From a virus, in IMG/VR virus record IMGVR_UViG_3300043957_000063, positions 1-39,012 of that record: a stretch of DNA of 39,012 bases; one strand, written 5' to 3'. The position numbers and the translations under genes are program-made. Position 1 is the stretch's first letter, and the number at the start of each line of letters is the position of its first letter. The notes under the pieces are model-generated. The model made no database searches. It was not told the DNA's origin and was given only the letters and a program-made list of their open reading frames with translations. This document shows, one piece after another, positions 1 to 7,296 of this stretch.

Positions 1-127
1 TGCGCAAATCCGCTAACAGAGACAAAGCCCTCACTCAGGGGATGCGTGTCCTGTTGCGTGCCCGACTGATCGACATCCACGAGAAGTATGTGGAGCACGA
101 CGAGCTGTGCCCCGTGAACGTGAAGGA
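1..127. repeat. Terminal overlap copy 1, identical to 38886-39012
   Basis: Direct comparison: the first 127 nt (tgcgcaaatccgctaacagagac...ccccgtgaacgtgaagga) recur exactly as the last 127 nt. Confidence 0.95.
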
Positions 128-251
128 AGAGGCCGACGAGGTGTACACCGCGTATCACGGTCTCGGCGGTAACGGGACGGGCACGCATCTGCATGACGAG
201 ATCATGGACGCGCACATCTCCTCCGACAATCCAGGCCCTGCAATCCACTAA
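1..251 (+). CDS. 3-prime part of a wrap-around gene that starts at 38804; membrane-anchored lysis-cassette protein (holin-like), 110 aa when joined
   Basis: ORF 42..251 is in frame with ATG 38804 through the overlap. The joined protein MDYISTTAIGWLITTALGGLVGFLASFMRK... has one N-terminal TM helix followed by a charged soluble domain. It lies just upstream of the lipoprotein and endolysin genes. Confidence 0.6.
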   Translation, partial: RKSANRDKALTQGMRVLLRARLIDIHEKYVEHDELCPVNVKEEADEVYTAYHGLGGNGTGTHLHDEIMDAHISSDNPGPAIH

Positions 252-270
252 CCACACACTCAATTATCCA

Positions 271-299
271 AGCCTCCGAATTCTCGGGGGCTTTTCTTA
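271..299 (+). terminator. Rho-independent terminator-like hairpin
   Basis: 9-bp stem agcctccga / tcgggggct with a 4-nt loop, followed by ttttcttat. Confidence 0.6.
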
Positions 300-323
300 T
301 GCCCAAATCTAGGAGGCAGCATC

Positions 324-821
324 ATGCACAAACGATTACTGGGAGCATTGGCCGCGCTGGCCTTGCTCGGCTCGCTTGCCGCGTGCGGCACCAGCACGCC
401 CGCACCAACTGCTGTGAAGCCGACCACGTCGGCCAGTCAGACCATCAAAACACATACGGCGACGGTCAATGTCGATGGTACCGGCACGGCCACAGACGTG
501 ACGGTCACCATCATCGACCCGGACACCGGACTCAAACCCGCGCAGGGTGCCGAGGGGCTCGAGGGTGCGTCCGCGACTCCGACCGACAGCGATCAGCATG
601 TGGGGGACAGCAAGGCGCAGACGGACAGTAATCCGAATGTGCCGCTCCCGTTCGCGGGCGTCTACGAGTTGACTACTGGCCAGAAGCTCACGGTGGCGGC
701 CCAGAACGGTACTGCCGATTCCACTATCACCGTGACTATCACCCTGGATGGGGAAACCACTACACAGAGCGGGAGCGGGGCAAACACTGCCGTTGCTGCT
801 ACCAGTAAGGAGGCCAAATGA
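324..821 (+). CDS. Putative secreted lipoprotein, function unknown, translationally coupled to the endolysin
   Basis: AGGAGG at 311-316 precedes ATG 324. The signal peptide MHKRLLGALAALALLGSLAAC carries a lipobox L-A-A-C, followed by a Thr/Pro-rich linker. The stop overlaps the endolysin ATG (ATGA at 818-821). Confidence 0.75.
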   Translation: MHKRLLGALAALALLGSLAACGTSTPAPTAVKPTTSASQTIKTHTATVNVDGTGTATDVTVTIIDPDTGLKPAQGAEGLEGASATPTDSDQHVGDSKAQTDSNPNVPLPFAGVYELTTGQKLTVAAQNGTADSTITVTITLDGETTTQSGSGANTAVAATSKEAK

Positions 822-2089
822 GTCGGAAACATCGCAGCCCTCATGAGCGTAAGCCCGAACCCAGGGATATGAAGCGGCTGCTGACTGCGGGTTTCGTGTC
901 GACGGTGCTGTGCATGGGATTGGTTCCAGCGGCGTCGGCGGACACTGTGGGCCATGACATCAGCCGATGGCAGGGTTCCATCAACGTGAACGCGCTCGGT
1001 TCGTTCGTGATCGTGAAAGCGGGCGGATCGGATATCGGCTACTACTACACCGACCCGATGTACGACCGGAACGCGAAGGCCGTGCGGGCGGCAGGCAAGT
1101 CGTTGGGCCATTATTACTACAACGGTTATGCGGACCCGACCACGGCGGCGAACAGTTTCGTCAACGGCCTGGTGTCCTATCAGCCGGGTGACCCGCTGGT
1201 GTATGACGCCGAGGAATCCCGGTTCGTGAGCCCTGCCAAAGTACAGGCGTGGGTGCAGCAGGTGAGGTCTCGCCTGGGTGCTGATGCGAACGTGTACGTG
1301 TACATGAGCTCGAGTGTGACCAGGGCCTACAACTGGTCGTCCGTGGCCGCGTCCGGTGTGAAACTCTGGGTTGCGAACTACGGTTCGAACAACGGGGCCT
1401 ATCACGGTTCCCCGTCCGTGGCCTACTGGGACAAGTGGCTCATCCACCAGTACACGTCGGTCGGCAGAGTCACCGGCTACAACGGTTCCCTGGACACCAA
1501 CCTCGCCCGATCGGGAGCATTCGGCAACGGGTCCACGACATCGACCGTACCGGTCGCTGTTACGACAGTGAGCACGGTTCCTCACGGCATGTACCTGGGC
1601 TATTCGGTTGCTCAAACACAGCGGTTGCTCAACGCCAAGGGGTATCAGCTCGCCGTGGACGACTACTACGGTCCAGGCACGAGAGCAGCGGTACGCGACT
1701 ACCAGTCGAGACACGGACTGCAGGTAGACGGTTACGCGGGTCCTGACACACAGGCCAGCCTCTCCGGCAATCCGGCAGTGGCCGCACGCACCTACACGGT
1801 GGTGCGTGGCGACACTCTCAGCAGGATCGGGGCGAAGACCGGTGTTCCGTGGACCATGATCGCCAACCTCAATGGCATCCGCGCCCCCTATGTGATCTAC
1901 ACGGGGCGAACCCTGAAACTCGCCGGCAGTAGCACGGTCGCGTCCTCGAATCGCAGGTACACGATCCGCAGGGGCGACACCCTCTCATCGATCGCCCGCA
2001 GACTCGGCACCACCACCAGCAGGCTCGCCTCGCTCAACGGGATCAGCAACCCCAACCGCATCTACACCGGACACACCCTCAAATATTAA
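818..2089 (+). CDS. Endolysin: signal-peptide/SAR-like N-terminus + GH25-type muramidase + PG_binding_1-like repeat + two LysM domains
   Basis: AAGGAGG at 806-812. The N-terminus is a charged stretch followed by the hydrophobic LLTAGFVSTVLCMGLVPAASA. GH25-like motifs: GHDISRWQG, VIVKAGG, GHYYY, LVYDAEE. PG-binding repeat: LNAKGYQLAVDDYYGPGTRAAVRDYQSRHGLQVDGYAGPDT. LysM repeats: YTVVRGDTLSRIG... and YTIRRGDTLSSIA.... Confidence 0.9.
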   Translation: MSRKHRSPHERKPEPRDMKRLLTAGFVSTVLCMGLVPAASADTVGHDISRWQGSINVNALGSFVIVKAGGSDIGYYYTDPMYDRNAKAVRAAGKSLGHYYYNGYADPTTAANSFVNGLVSYQPGDPLVYDAEESRFVSPAKVQAWVQQVRSRLGADANVYVYMSSSVTRAYNWSSVAASGVKLWVANYGSNNGAYHGSPSVAYWDKWLIHQYTSVGRVTGYNGSLDTNLARSGAFGNGSTTSTVPVAVTTVSTVPHGMYLGYSVAQTQRLLNAKGYQLAVDDYYGPGTRAAVRDYQSRHGLQVDGYAGPDTQASLSGNPAVAARTYTVVRGDTLSRIGAKTGVPWTMIANLNGIRAPYVIYTGRTLKLAGSSTVASSNRRYTIRRGDTLSSIARRLGTTTSRLASLNGISNPNRIYTGHTLKY

Positions 2090-2100
2090 GGACAAAAAAC

Positions 2101-2529
2101 ATGAATACAGCAATACTGGTGTCGCTTCTCGCCCCCGCGGTGGGAACCGGCATCGTGGGCTCCAGCCTCACGCAACTCACCAAGACATTCATCCCCGACC
2201 GGTGGCGCACCCTGTTCGCCCTCGTGGTCACCGGCCTCGTCTCACTAGTCGGCGCTGGCATCGTGTGGGCACTGGTCGGCACATACACATGGGCGGCACT
2301 CGTCGTGCAGCTCCTCGCCGCACTCGGCGTAGCCCAAGGAACCTATGCGCTGGTCAAGCGAGCCATCCCGGGATCTCGCGACGTGGATATTACCGATCTC
2401 GTAAAACAGGCCGAAGACACACTGGACACCATCCGGAAAATCACCGCAACCACAGTCCCTGCAACACTGCCAACCACTGACGAGCAGGCAGCCACACAAG
2501 TCAAACAGGCTACAGGATTATCAAAATAA
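2101..2529 (+). CDS. Holin-like membrane protein (about 3 TM helices plus a charged C-terminal tail)
   Basis: Hydrophobic segments AILVSLLAPAVGTGIVG, LFALVVTGLVSLVGAGIVWALVG and WAALVVQLLAALGVAQG. It lies immediately after the endolysin and is followed by a strong terminator. Confidence 0.65.
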   Translation: MNTAILVSLLAPAVGTGIVGSSLTQLTKTFIPDRWRTLFALVVTGLVSLVGAGIVWALVGTYTWAALVVQLLAALGVAQGTYALVKRAIPGSRDVDITDLVKQAEDTLDTIRKITATTVPATLPTTDEQAATQVKQATGLSK

Positions 2530-2558
2530 GGCGCTCAGGCGTCACACCTTTACCACCG

Positions 2559-2600
2559 AGCCCCGCTCCCGGCATCACGCCGAGGGCGGGGCTTATTTTT
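2559..2600 (+). terminator. Rho-independent terminator closing the lysis operon
   Basis: GC-rich stem agccccgc(t)c / gagggcggggct followed by ttattttt. Confidence 0.8.
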
Positions 2601-2645
2601 GCATGTGGACTGCTTATAGATAAATTGACTAACATGCATTTATTC

Positions 2646-2658
2646 TTGATAAAGAAAT
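2646..2658. repeat. 13-bp direct repeat TTGATAAAGAAAT, copy 1
   Basis: An exact copy recurs at 2830-2842, just upstream of the ATG at 2851. Confidence 0.8.
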
Positions 2659-2701
2659 TGCTAATAATCCTCTTAGCATGTGATTTTCAAAACACCGTAA
2701 T

Positions 2702-2722
2702 ATCAACGAACCATATGGTGCC
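2702..2722. repeat. Imperfect direct repeat TCAACG..ATATGGTGCC, copy 1
   Basis: atatggtgcc occurs at 2713-2722 and again at 2781-2790. Both copies are preceded by tcaacg. Confidence 0.7.
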
Positions 2723-2767
2723 GATATGTCGATTTCGCACGGGCCGATGTTGAATATTCGTTGCTAT

Positions 2768-2790
2768 TTCAACGTTTCCTATATGGTGCC
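2768..2790. repeat. Imperfect direct repeat TCAACG..ATATGGTGCC, copy 2
   Basis: See copy 1. Both copies lie in the A+T-rich leader of the 2851 gene. Confidence 0.7.
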
Positions 2791-2829
2791 TAGCTTAATC
2801 TCCTCTTTCGTGATATAAATGAATCAATT

Positions 2830-2842
2830 TTGATAAAGAAAT
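2830..2842. repeat. 13-bp direct repeat TTGATAAAGAAAT, copy 2
   Basis: Exact match to 2646-2658. It abuts the GAGGA ribosome-binding site of the 2851 gene. Confidence 0.8.
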
Positions 2843-2850
2843 GAGGATAC

Positions 2851-3768
2851 ATGGCAGAGAGAGAAAAAGGCGAAACGGCCGAATACAGTGGCGAGTTGCA
2901 ACTTGCGGAGGGGATCGACATACAGTGCGGCGTTATGAAGGACGGCACACGGCTGTTGTCCGAGCGGCAGGTCAGTGCAGCGTTGGGGAACAAACGAGGA
3001 GGATCGCACTGGATTCGGCAGAAAGAGGGCAACAAGCTACCCGTCTATGTTTCGGCGGGGAATCTGAGACCATACATTTCCGCGGCATTGGAACGCAAGC
3101 TTGTTGACCACCGCCTTTGGCGGGCAAAGGGCCACGGAGGATTCGGAGCCTACGGTATCGATGCGACATCCCTGCCTGAAATATGCGATGTGTTTCTGAA
3201 GGCGCGAAGAGACCACGCGCTCCTGCCGTCACAGGAGCATATCGCGATACAGGCTGAGATACTGATGACCGCCTTGGCTAAAATCGGAGTAGTGGCTCTG
3301 GTGGATGAGGCTACCGGGTATCAGTCGGTAAGACAGCATAACGAGCTTGAGCTTTTGCTGAGTAAATATATCTCCGAAGAGCTCCAGCCATGGGCGAAAC
3401 GATTCCCCGACGAGTTCTATTCCCAAATGTTTAAGCTCAAGGGCTGGGATTACATAAATCTGGGCGCAGGAGGGAAGAAACCGAGGGTTGTCGGGAAAAT
3501 CACGAATGATATCGTCTACGACAGACTCCCGAGTGGAGTACTTGAAAGTCTTAAGAAAAAGAATCCCTCCGACGCTGATGGGCACAGAAAACATCACCAC
3601 CATCAATTCCTCACCGAAGATATTGGCGACAAGCATCTTGAAAAGATGATCGGTTCCGTTATCACTCTTATGAGGGCTTCAGGCTCATGGTCCGAATTTA
3701 TTCGACTCCTCGACCGTGCATACCCGAAGCATGGTGCGGTACAGGAAGAGTTAACGCTAGACGAATAG
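2851..3768 (+). CDS. P63C-domain-like protein (moron gene, function unknown)
   Basis: Motifs I associate with the P63C family: IQCGVMKDGTRLLSERQV, LPEICDVFLKAR, GVVALVDEATGYQ, WAKRFPDEFY, HHQFLT. GAGGA lies before the ATG. The gene is visibly A+T-rich and bracketed by terminators. Confidence 0.6.
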   Translation: MAEREKGETAEYSGELQLAEGIDIQCGVMKDGTRLLSERQVSAALGNKRGGSHWIRQKEGNKLPVYVSAGNLRPYISAALERKLVDHRLWRAKGHGGFGAYGIDATSLPEICDVFLKARRDHALLPSQEHIAIQAEILMTALAKIGVVALVDEATGYQSVRQHNELELLLSKYISEELQPWAKRFPDEFYSQMFKLKGWDYINLGAGGKKPRVVGKITNDIVYDRLPSGVLESLKKKNPSDADGHRKHHHHQFLTEDIGDKHLEKMIGSVITLMRASGSWSEFIRLLDRAYPKHGAVQEELTLDE

Positions 3769-3798
3769 TCACTACTCGGATCCGCCCAAATGAACCAC

Positions 3799-3826
3799 GC
3801 CCCGGCTTCGGCCGGGGTTTTTCTTA
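3799..3826 (+). terminator. Rho-independent terminator
   Basis: Stem gccccggc / gccggggt with loop ttcg, followed by ttttcttattt. Confidence 0.8.
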
Positions 3827-3871
3827 TTTCAGCGACGGCTTAACGAATCGTGATTCACTAGCATCTGGAAC

Positions 3872-4147
3872 ATGCCCGATTTCGAAGACTCCGACGACGT
3901 GACCACCCGCCCAACGGTATGGGCCGAACAGCATGGCAACACCGACCAGGAACGCAACCAGCGCACGCGCACACTCCTGGAGAAACGCAAAGACGCGATC
4001 CTCGACGCATTGGCAAACCCGCACCTCACCAGAGGAGAGCGCAAACTCCTCGAAACCCAGCACAAGGAAATCCGTACAGACATCCGCACCATCCGATACG
4101 GCGCACCCATACACGTACTGCGAGCGCTAGACCGAAAGTGGAGATAA
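3872..4147 (+). CDS. Hypothetical charged helical protein (91 aa) adjacent to attP
   Basis: This ORF has more protein-like composition than the two overlapping minus-strand ORFs. The ribosome-binding site is weak and I recognise no motif. Confidence 0.4.
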   Translation: MPDFEDSDDVTTRPTVWAEQHGNTDQERNQRTRTLLEKRKDAILDALANPHLTRGERKLLETQHKEIRTDIRTIRYGAPIHVLRALDRKWR

Positions 4148-4152
4148 TTACG

Positions 4153-4171
4153 TAGGCTACAGTTAGGCTAC
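4153..4171. repeat. Arm-type repeat pair TAGGCTAC (x2), left arm of attP
   Basis: taggctac at 4153-4160 and 4164-4171. The same cgtaggctac...ttaggct arrangement recurs at 4391-4412. Confidence 0.6.
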
Positions 4172-4205
4172 ACCGAAGATATTTGTATCAGTATTCGGAA
4201 TATAT

Positions 4206-4269
4206 GAGAGCGCTTTGTAATCAGTCTTCCAAACTGATTACGCGGGTTCGATTCCCGTCGCCCGCTCCA
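4206..4269 (+). other. attP core: 3-prime portion of a tRNA-Gly(UCC) (anticodon arm, T-arm, acceptor 3-prime strand and CCA); not a complete tRNA
   Basis: Anticodon stem tcagt/actga with loop cttccaa (anticodon TCC). T-arm gcggg-ttcgatt-cccgt. Acceptor strand cgcccgc, then t and cca. No matching 5-prime acceptor strand (gcgggcg) is found upstream. int lies immediately downstream. Confidence 0.75.
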
Positions 4270-4360
4270 CACACGGAGCCGCACAGTGGCGGAATCCCAA
4301 CGAATACAGCCTGTCATTCCAACGATCGCAGATACTACCAAAAACATGACTAAAACTCGA

Positions 4361-4389
4361 TTGCGGTGAATTACGGTGGTTTACGGTGG
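4361..4389. repeat. Three 10-bp-phased repeats TTRCGGTGR
   Basis: ttgcggtga at 4361-4369, ttacggtgg at 4371-4379 and ttacggtgg at 4381-4389, lying between the attP core and int. Confidence 0.7.
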
Positions 4390-4392
4390 CCG

Positions 4393-4412
4393 TAGGCTAC
4401 TCATTAGGCTCA
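4393..4412. repeat. Arm-type repeat pair TAGGCTAC / TAGGCTCA, right arm of attP
   Basis: taggctac at 4393-4400 and taggctca at 4405-4412, mirroring the 4153-4171 pair on the other side of the core. Confidence 0.6.
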
Positions 4413-4434
4413 CTTTTATGCTAATATTAAAACC

Positions 4435-6165
4435 ATGGAATTAACTGATGAGTGCCAGACTGAGGCCATCTCCGAGCGCCCACAGGAACTCATCAGACGG
4501 TTATTCAAGCATCGGCGTGTTGACCCAGTTTCAAACTGCTGGTTCTGGACGGGCGGTCATACGGATAATGGGTATGGACACGTGTATTTAGACAAATCGA
4601 CGGTACTGGTTCACAGACTCAGTTATGAGATTTTCCGTGGAGCTATCCCGGAAGCCCATATCGTTGACCACCGCTGCTTTAACAGACTCTGTTTTAATCC
4701 AAACCATTTACGCTGCATTACGATCGCGGAAAACAACCAACATAGATTCGGCGCATCAAGCAACAATCGGTCATCCGGCGTCAGAAACGTTTACTGGTAT
4801 GGCTATAGGAAGAAATGGTTTGCGGCAATCCACCACAACGGCAAACAAATAAGAAGTGAATATTTCGACGATAAAGAACATGCATGCGAAGAGGCGGTAA
4901 GACTCAGAGCATTGTATTTCAAGGACCAAGGTGATAGCGATATGAAAGCCAAACACAGGAGGCCTCGCGGCACTGGAGCCGTATTTGTCGATTCACAAAA
5001 TCGGTACACATATACGCTCGAGCTACCCAATGACCCTGCGACGGGAAAACGCAGACGTAAAACATTCCGCAGCAAGGATCCGAATAAAGCCAAGGCCAAA
5101 TATCTGGAAGCTCGGAAGAAACTAATATCTACCGGAGTCCTTGCCTCGGATGTAACACCGAAACTGGCAGACTGGCTGGGACGCTGGCTCGAGGAGTTCA
5201 AGCGCCCCAACGTCAAGCCCCGCGTCTGGGAATCGTACCGCTCCGACTGCCGGAACATCACGAACAGCATCGGGGCCGTCCGCATCGGCGATCTCACAGC
5301 GGCGCATGTGCGCAAGCTGGAGAAGGACATCACCTCGACGCGCAGCAGCAAGACCGCGCTCAACGCGTATCGTCGTCTGAGCAACGCCCTCGATGACGCC
5401 GTTGGCGAGGGATTGATAGAGGTTAATCCATGTGCCCATTGCGACCCGCCCAGGGTCGAGGCGAACCCGACGGTGATACTTGATGCGGGCCAGCCCGTCA
5501 GGCTCATACAGGCCGCTTCCAGCGCCTCCGGCGAGGTGAAACGCAGGCGCGGCCAGAACAAGTGGCCGGACAGTCCCGAGGATGACGCGATGTGGAGCCT
5601 CATGTGGCGGCTCGCGTTCGAAACAGGCATGCGCCAGGGGGAGCGGTTCGCACTCACGCCTGCCGACCTTGTGGAGGTCGACGGCACTCCCGCGATCCAC
5701 GTGTGCCACGAGTTGCAGCGCTACGCGAAAGGCGCGGTCATACCCTCATGGCTCAAGGCCGAACCCATCACCAAGGGCATATGGATGGTGCCGCCCAAAT
5801 CGAAGAAGGGCGAACGCATCGTGCCAGTCAGCAAAACCCTCTGGGACGACCTCGCGGGGTGGGCGACCGATCATGAGCTGACCTCCAAGGATCTGATTTT
5901 CACCCGCAAGGGTCAGCCGCTGACCAATACGGTCGAACGACGCCGCTGGTACCGCGCATTGGAGAAGGCCGGACTACCGAGAGTGACGATACGCAGCGCA
6001 CGACACTATTTCGCCACCCAACTCGCCATAGCCGGAGCATCCGAAGACGCCCGCAAAAGCATCATGGGTCACGTCGACATCGGCACCACAGCAGGATATA
6101 CCCATTGGTCACCACAGGCTCTCGCGGAAATCACAGGAAAGACGGCGCTGAGCATCGAACAATAG
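4435..6165 (+). CDS. int: Tyrosine integrase with an in-frame N-terminal HNH_3 + AP2-like module (576-aa ORF; a conventional integrase could start at ATG 4942)
   Basis: HNH pattern: CWFWTGGHTDNGYGHV..LVHRLSYEIFRGAIP..VDHRCFNRLCFNPNHLRCIT..EN. AP2-like segment: SGVRNVYWYGYRKKWFAAIHHNGKQIRSEYFDDKEHACEEAV. Integrase motifs: RGTGAVF, TGMRQGERFAL, ARHYFATQL, IMGHVDIGTTAGYTH. No stop codon separates the modules. Confidence 0.85.
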   Translation: MELTDECQTEAISERPQELIRRLFKHRRVDPVSNCWFWTGGHTDNGYGHVYLDKSTVLVHRLSYEIFRGAIPEAHIVDHRCFNRLCFNPNHLRCITIAENNQHRFGASSNNRSSGVRNVYWYGYRKKWFAAIHHNGKQIRSEYFDDKEHACEEAVRLRALYFKDQGDSDMKAKHRRPRGTGAVFVDSQNRYTYTLELPNDPATGKRRRKTFRSKDPNKAKAKYLEARKKLISTGVLASDVTPKLADWLGRWLEEFKRPNVKPRVWESYRSDCRNITNSIGAVRIGDLTAAHVRKLEKDITSTRSSKTALNAYRRLSNALDDAVGEGLIEVNPCAHCDPPRVEANPTVILDAGQPVRLIQAASSASGEVKRRRGQNKWPDSPEDDAMWSLMWRLAFETGMRQGERFALTPADLVEVDGTPAIHVCHELQRYAKGAVIPSWLKAEPITKGIWMVPPKSKKGERIVPVSKTLWDDLAGWATDHELTSKDLIFTRKGQPLTNTVERRRWYRALEKAGLPRVTIRSARHYFATQLAIAGASEDARKSIMGHVDIGTTAGYTHWSPQALAEITGKTALSIEQ

Positions 6166-6430
6166 GAATGCCGAGAGACTCTCAACGCATCACTCAACTT
6201 TACGAAATAAAATCGATGATAATTTCATCAAACGAAACCTGCGTATTTGATTTAACAATTACTGGTCAATTACAGAAAAATTAAATTCATATAATCGGAT
6301 ATAAGTGATACGCTTTCTGTACAACAGAAAAGTGCATGTTTGATTCAGAGCCAGCGGTACACGTCTATCGTCTGGTTTTTACTTTTCAAACATTGCTTTA
6401 GCTGTTGAATAAAGGAAAGGGGCGGCAGAC

Positions 6431-6607
6431 ATGGCGTTGAGATCTTTAAGCGAAAGCTACGTAATAAATCGCGAGCCGTTAAGTCAGGAAGAGCGCAACG
6501 AATCTGCTCAGAAATTGCAAAGTTTCATGGCAGGATTCACTTCCCGTAGATTGGAAGGAAATTCGGAACTTCAGCATGAGGTTGGAATAGGCTTCAAGAA
6601 AAACTAA
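6431..6607 (+). CDS. Small ORF (58 aa), candidate antitoxin or partner of the downstream GNAT-like gene
   Basis: Below the length cut-off of the ORF track. A strong RBS AAAGGAAAGGGG at 6411-6422 precedes ATG 6431. The TAA stop at 6605-6607 lies 3 nt before ATG 6611, and the downstream gene has no RBS of its own. Translation: MALRSLSESYVINREPLSQEERNESAQKLQSFMAGFTSRRLEGNSELQHEVGIGFKKN. Confidence 0.5.
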   Translation: MALRSLSESYVINREPLSQEERNESAQKLQSFMAGFTSRRLEGNSELQHEVGIGFKKN

Positions 6608-6610
6608 CAA

Positions 6611-7231
6611 ATGGCTCTTTCATACTCATTGGTCGGAGTTAGTGAACTAGATTCACTCTCCGACCAAAAAATTGTCCAAAACCTGAAATCGCAAATGCGT
6701 GATTTTGAATGTCTAGATACCCGTACCGTAAAACGGTTTATCACCACGGAAAATGTCTATATTGCTGAGGATCATGGCGAATCTCGTACATATCTAGCTA
6801 TAAACGAAGACGACAATTCGATGATTGGTTTCTTTACTCTTGGATTAACAAGTGTCAAATGGGAAAAGATCACTTGTAGTGAAGGCTGGTCGGCCCTATC
6901 AAAGAAGAAACAGGCTAAGTATTCCAAGGGTGTACGCCAATCAACAGACGGATATGTGGGAGTATACACAATAGGAGAACTGGCGAGAAGCAGTCGGTTT
7001 ACACATGAAGATTTTCCTGGGACCGTATTGCTCAGAGAGGCAATCTCGCAAGTTATGCGGGCAAGAGAGATATCGGGAGGAAGATTTCTTCTTGTTGATT
7101 CACTTCAACATCTTTACGATGCTCTTTACAGCAAGGCTGGTTTCATCAGAATTGGGGATCTCGAGGCTCCTGACGAGGATGACGAGGCCCAGTATTGTGT
7201 GAGCATATTGACTCTGGAAAATCTACTCTAG
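6611..7231 (+). CDS. Divergent GNAT-fold protein resembling AtaT/TacT/KacT-type acetyltransferase toxins
   Basis: The motif order matches my memory of that family: DFEC..., SRTYLAINEDDNSMIGFFTL, an ALSKKKQAKY insertion, VYTIGELARSSRF, GGRFLLVDSL...LYSKAGFIRIG. The usual Q/RxxGxG acetyl-CoA loop is replaced by THEDFPG. The gene is very A+T-rich. Confidence 0.55.
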   Translation: MALSYSLVGVSELDSLSDQKIVQNLKSQMRDFECLDTRTVKRFITTENVYIAEDHGESRTYLAINEDDNSMIGFFTLGLTSVKWEKITCSEGWSALSKKKQAKYSKGVRQSTDGYVGVYTIGELARSSRFTHEDFPGTVLLREAISQVMRAREISGGRFLLVDSLQHLYDALYSKAGFIRIGDLEAPDEDDEAQYCVSILTLENLL

Positions 7232-7268
7232 AAGTTCACGTACAGGTACTACCATTTGATCTTTTTAT

Positions 7269-7296
7269 GCCCGGCCTTGTGCCGGGCTTTTCTTTT
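7269..7296 (+). terminator. Rho-independent terminator
   Basis: Stem gcccggc / gccgggc with loop cttgt, followed by ttttctttt. Confidence 0.8.

Noticed and set aside
299-631. 110-aa alternative-frame ORF on the plus strand and 87-aa ORF on the minus strand
   Set aside because: Both overlap the lipoprotein gene, which has an RBS, a signal peptide and a lipobox. Their composition is Arg/Gly/His-rich.
662-1714. 350-aa ORF on the minus strand
   Set aside because: It lies fully antisense to the well-supported lipoprotein and endolysin genes. It is Arg/His/Val-rich with no motifs, which is the typical shadow ORF of high-GC DNA.
3824-4114. Two overlapping minus-strand ORFs (96 and 93 aa)
   Set aside because: Their sequences are Cys/Val/Arg-rich and not protein-like, and they would run into the moron terminator. 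The plus-strand 3872-4147 ORF is preferred, although with low confidence.
4206-4269. A functional tRNA-Gly gene
   Set aside because: Only the anticodon arm, T-arm and 3-prime acceptor strand are present. No complementary 5-prime acceptor strand or D-arm stem is found upstream. It is interpreted as the attP core instead.
4803-5709. 294-aa and 195-aa minus-strand ORFs
   Set aside because: They are antisense to the integrase, whose catalytic motifs are clear. These are high-GC shadow ORFs.
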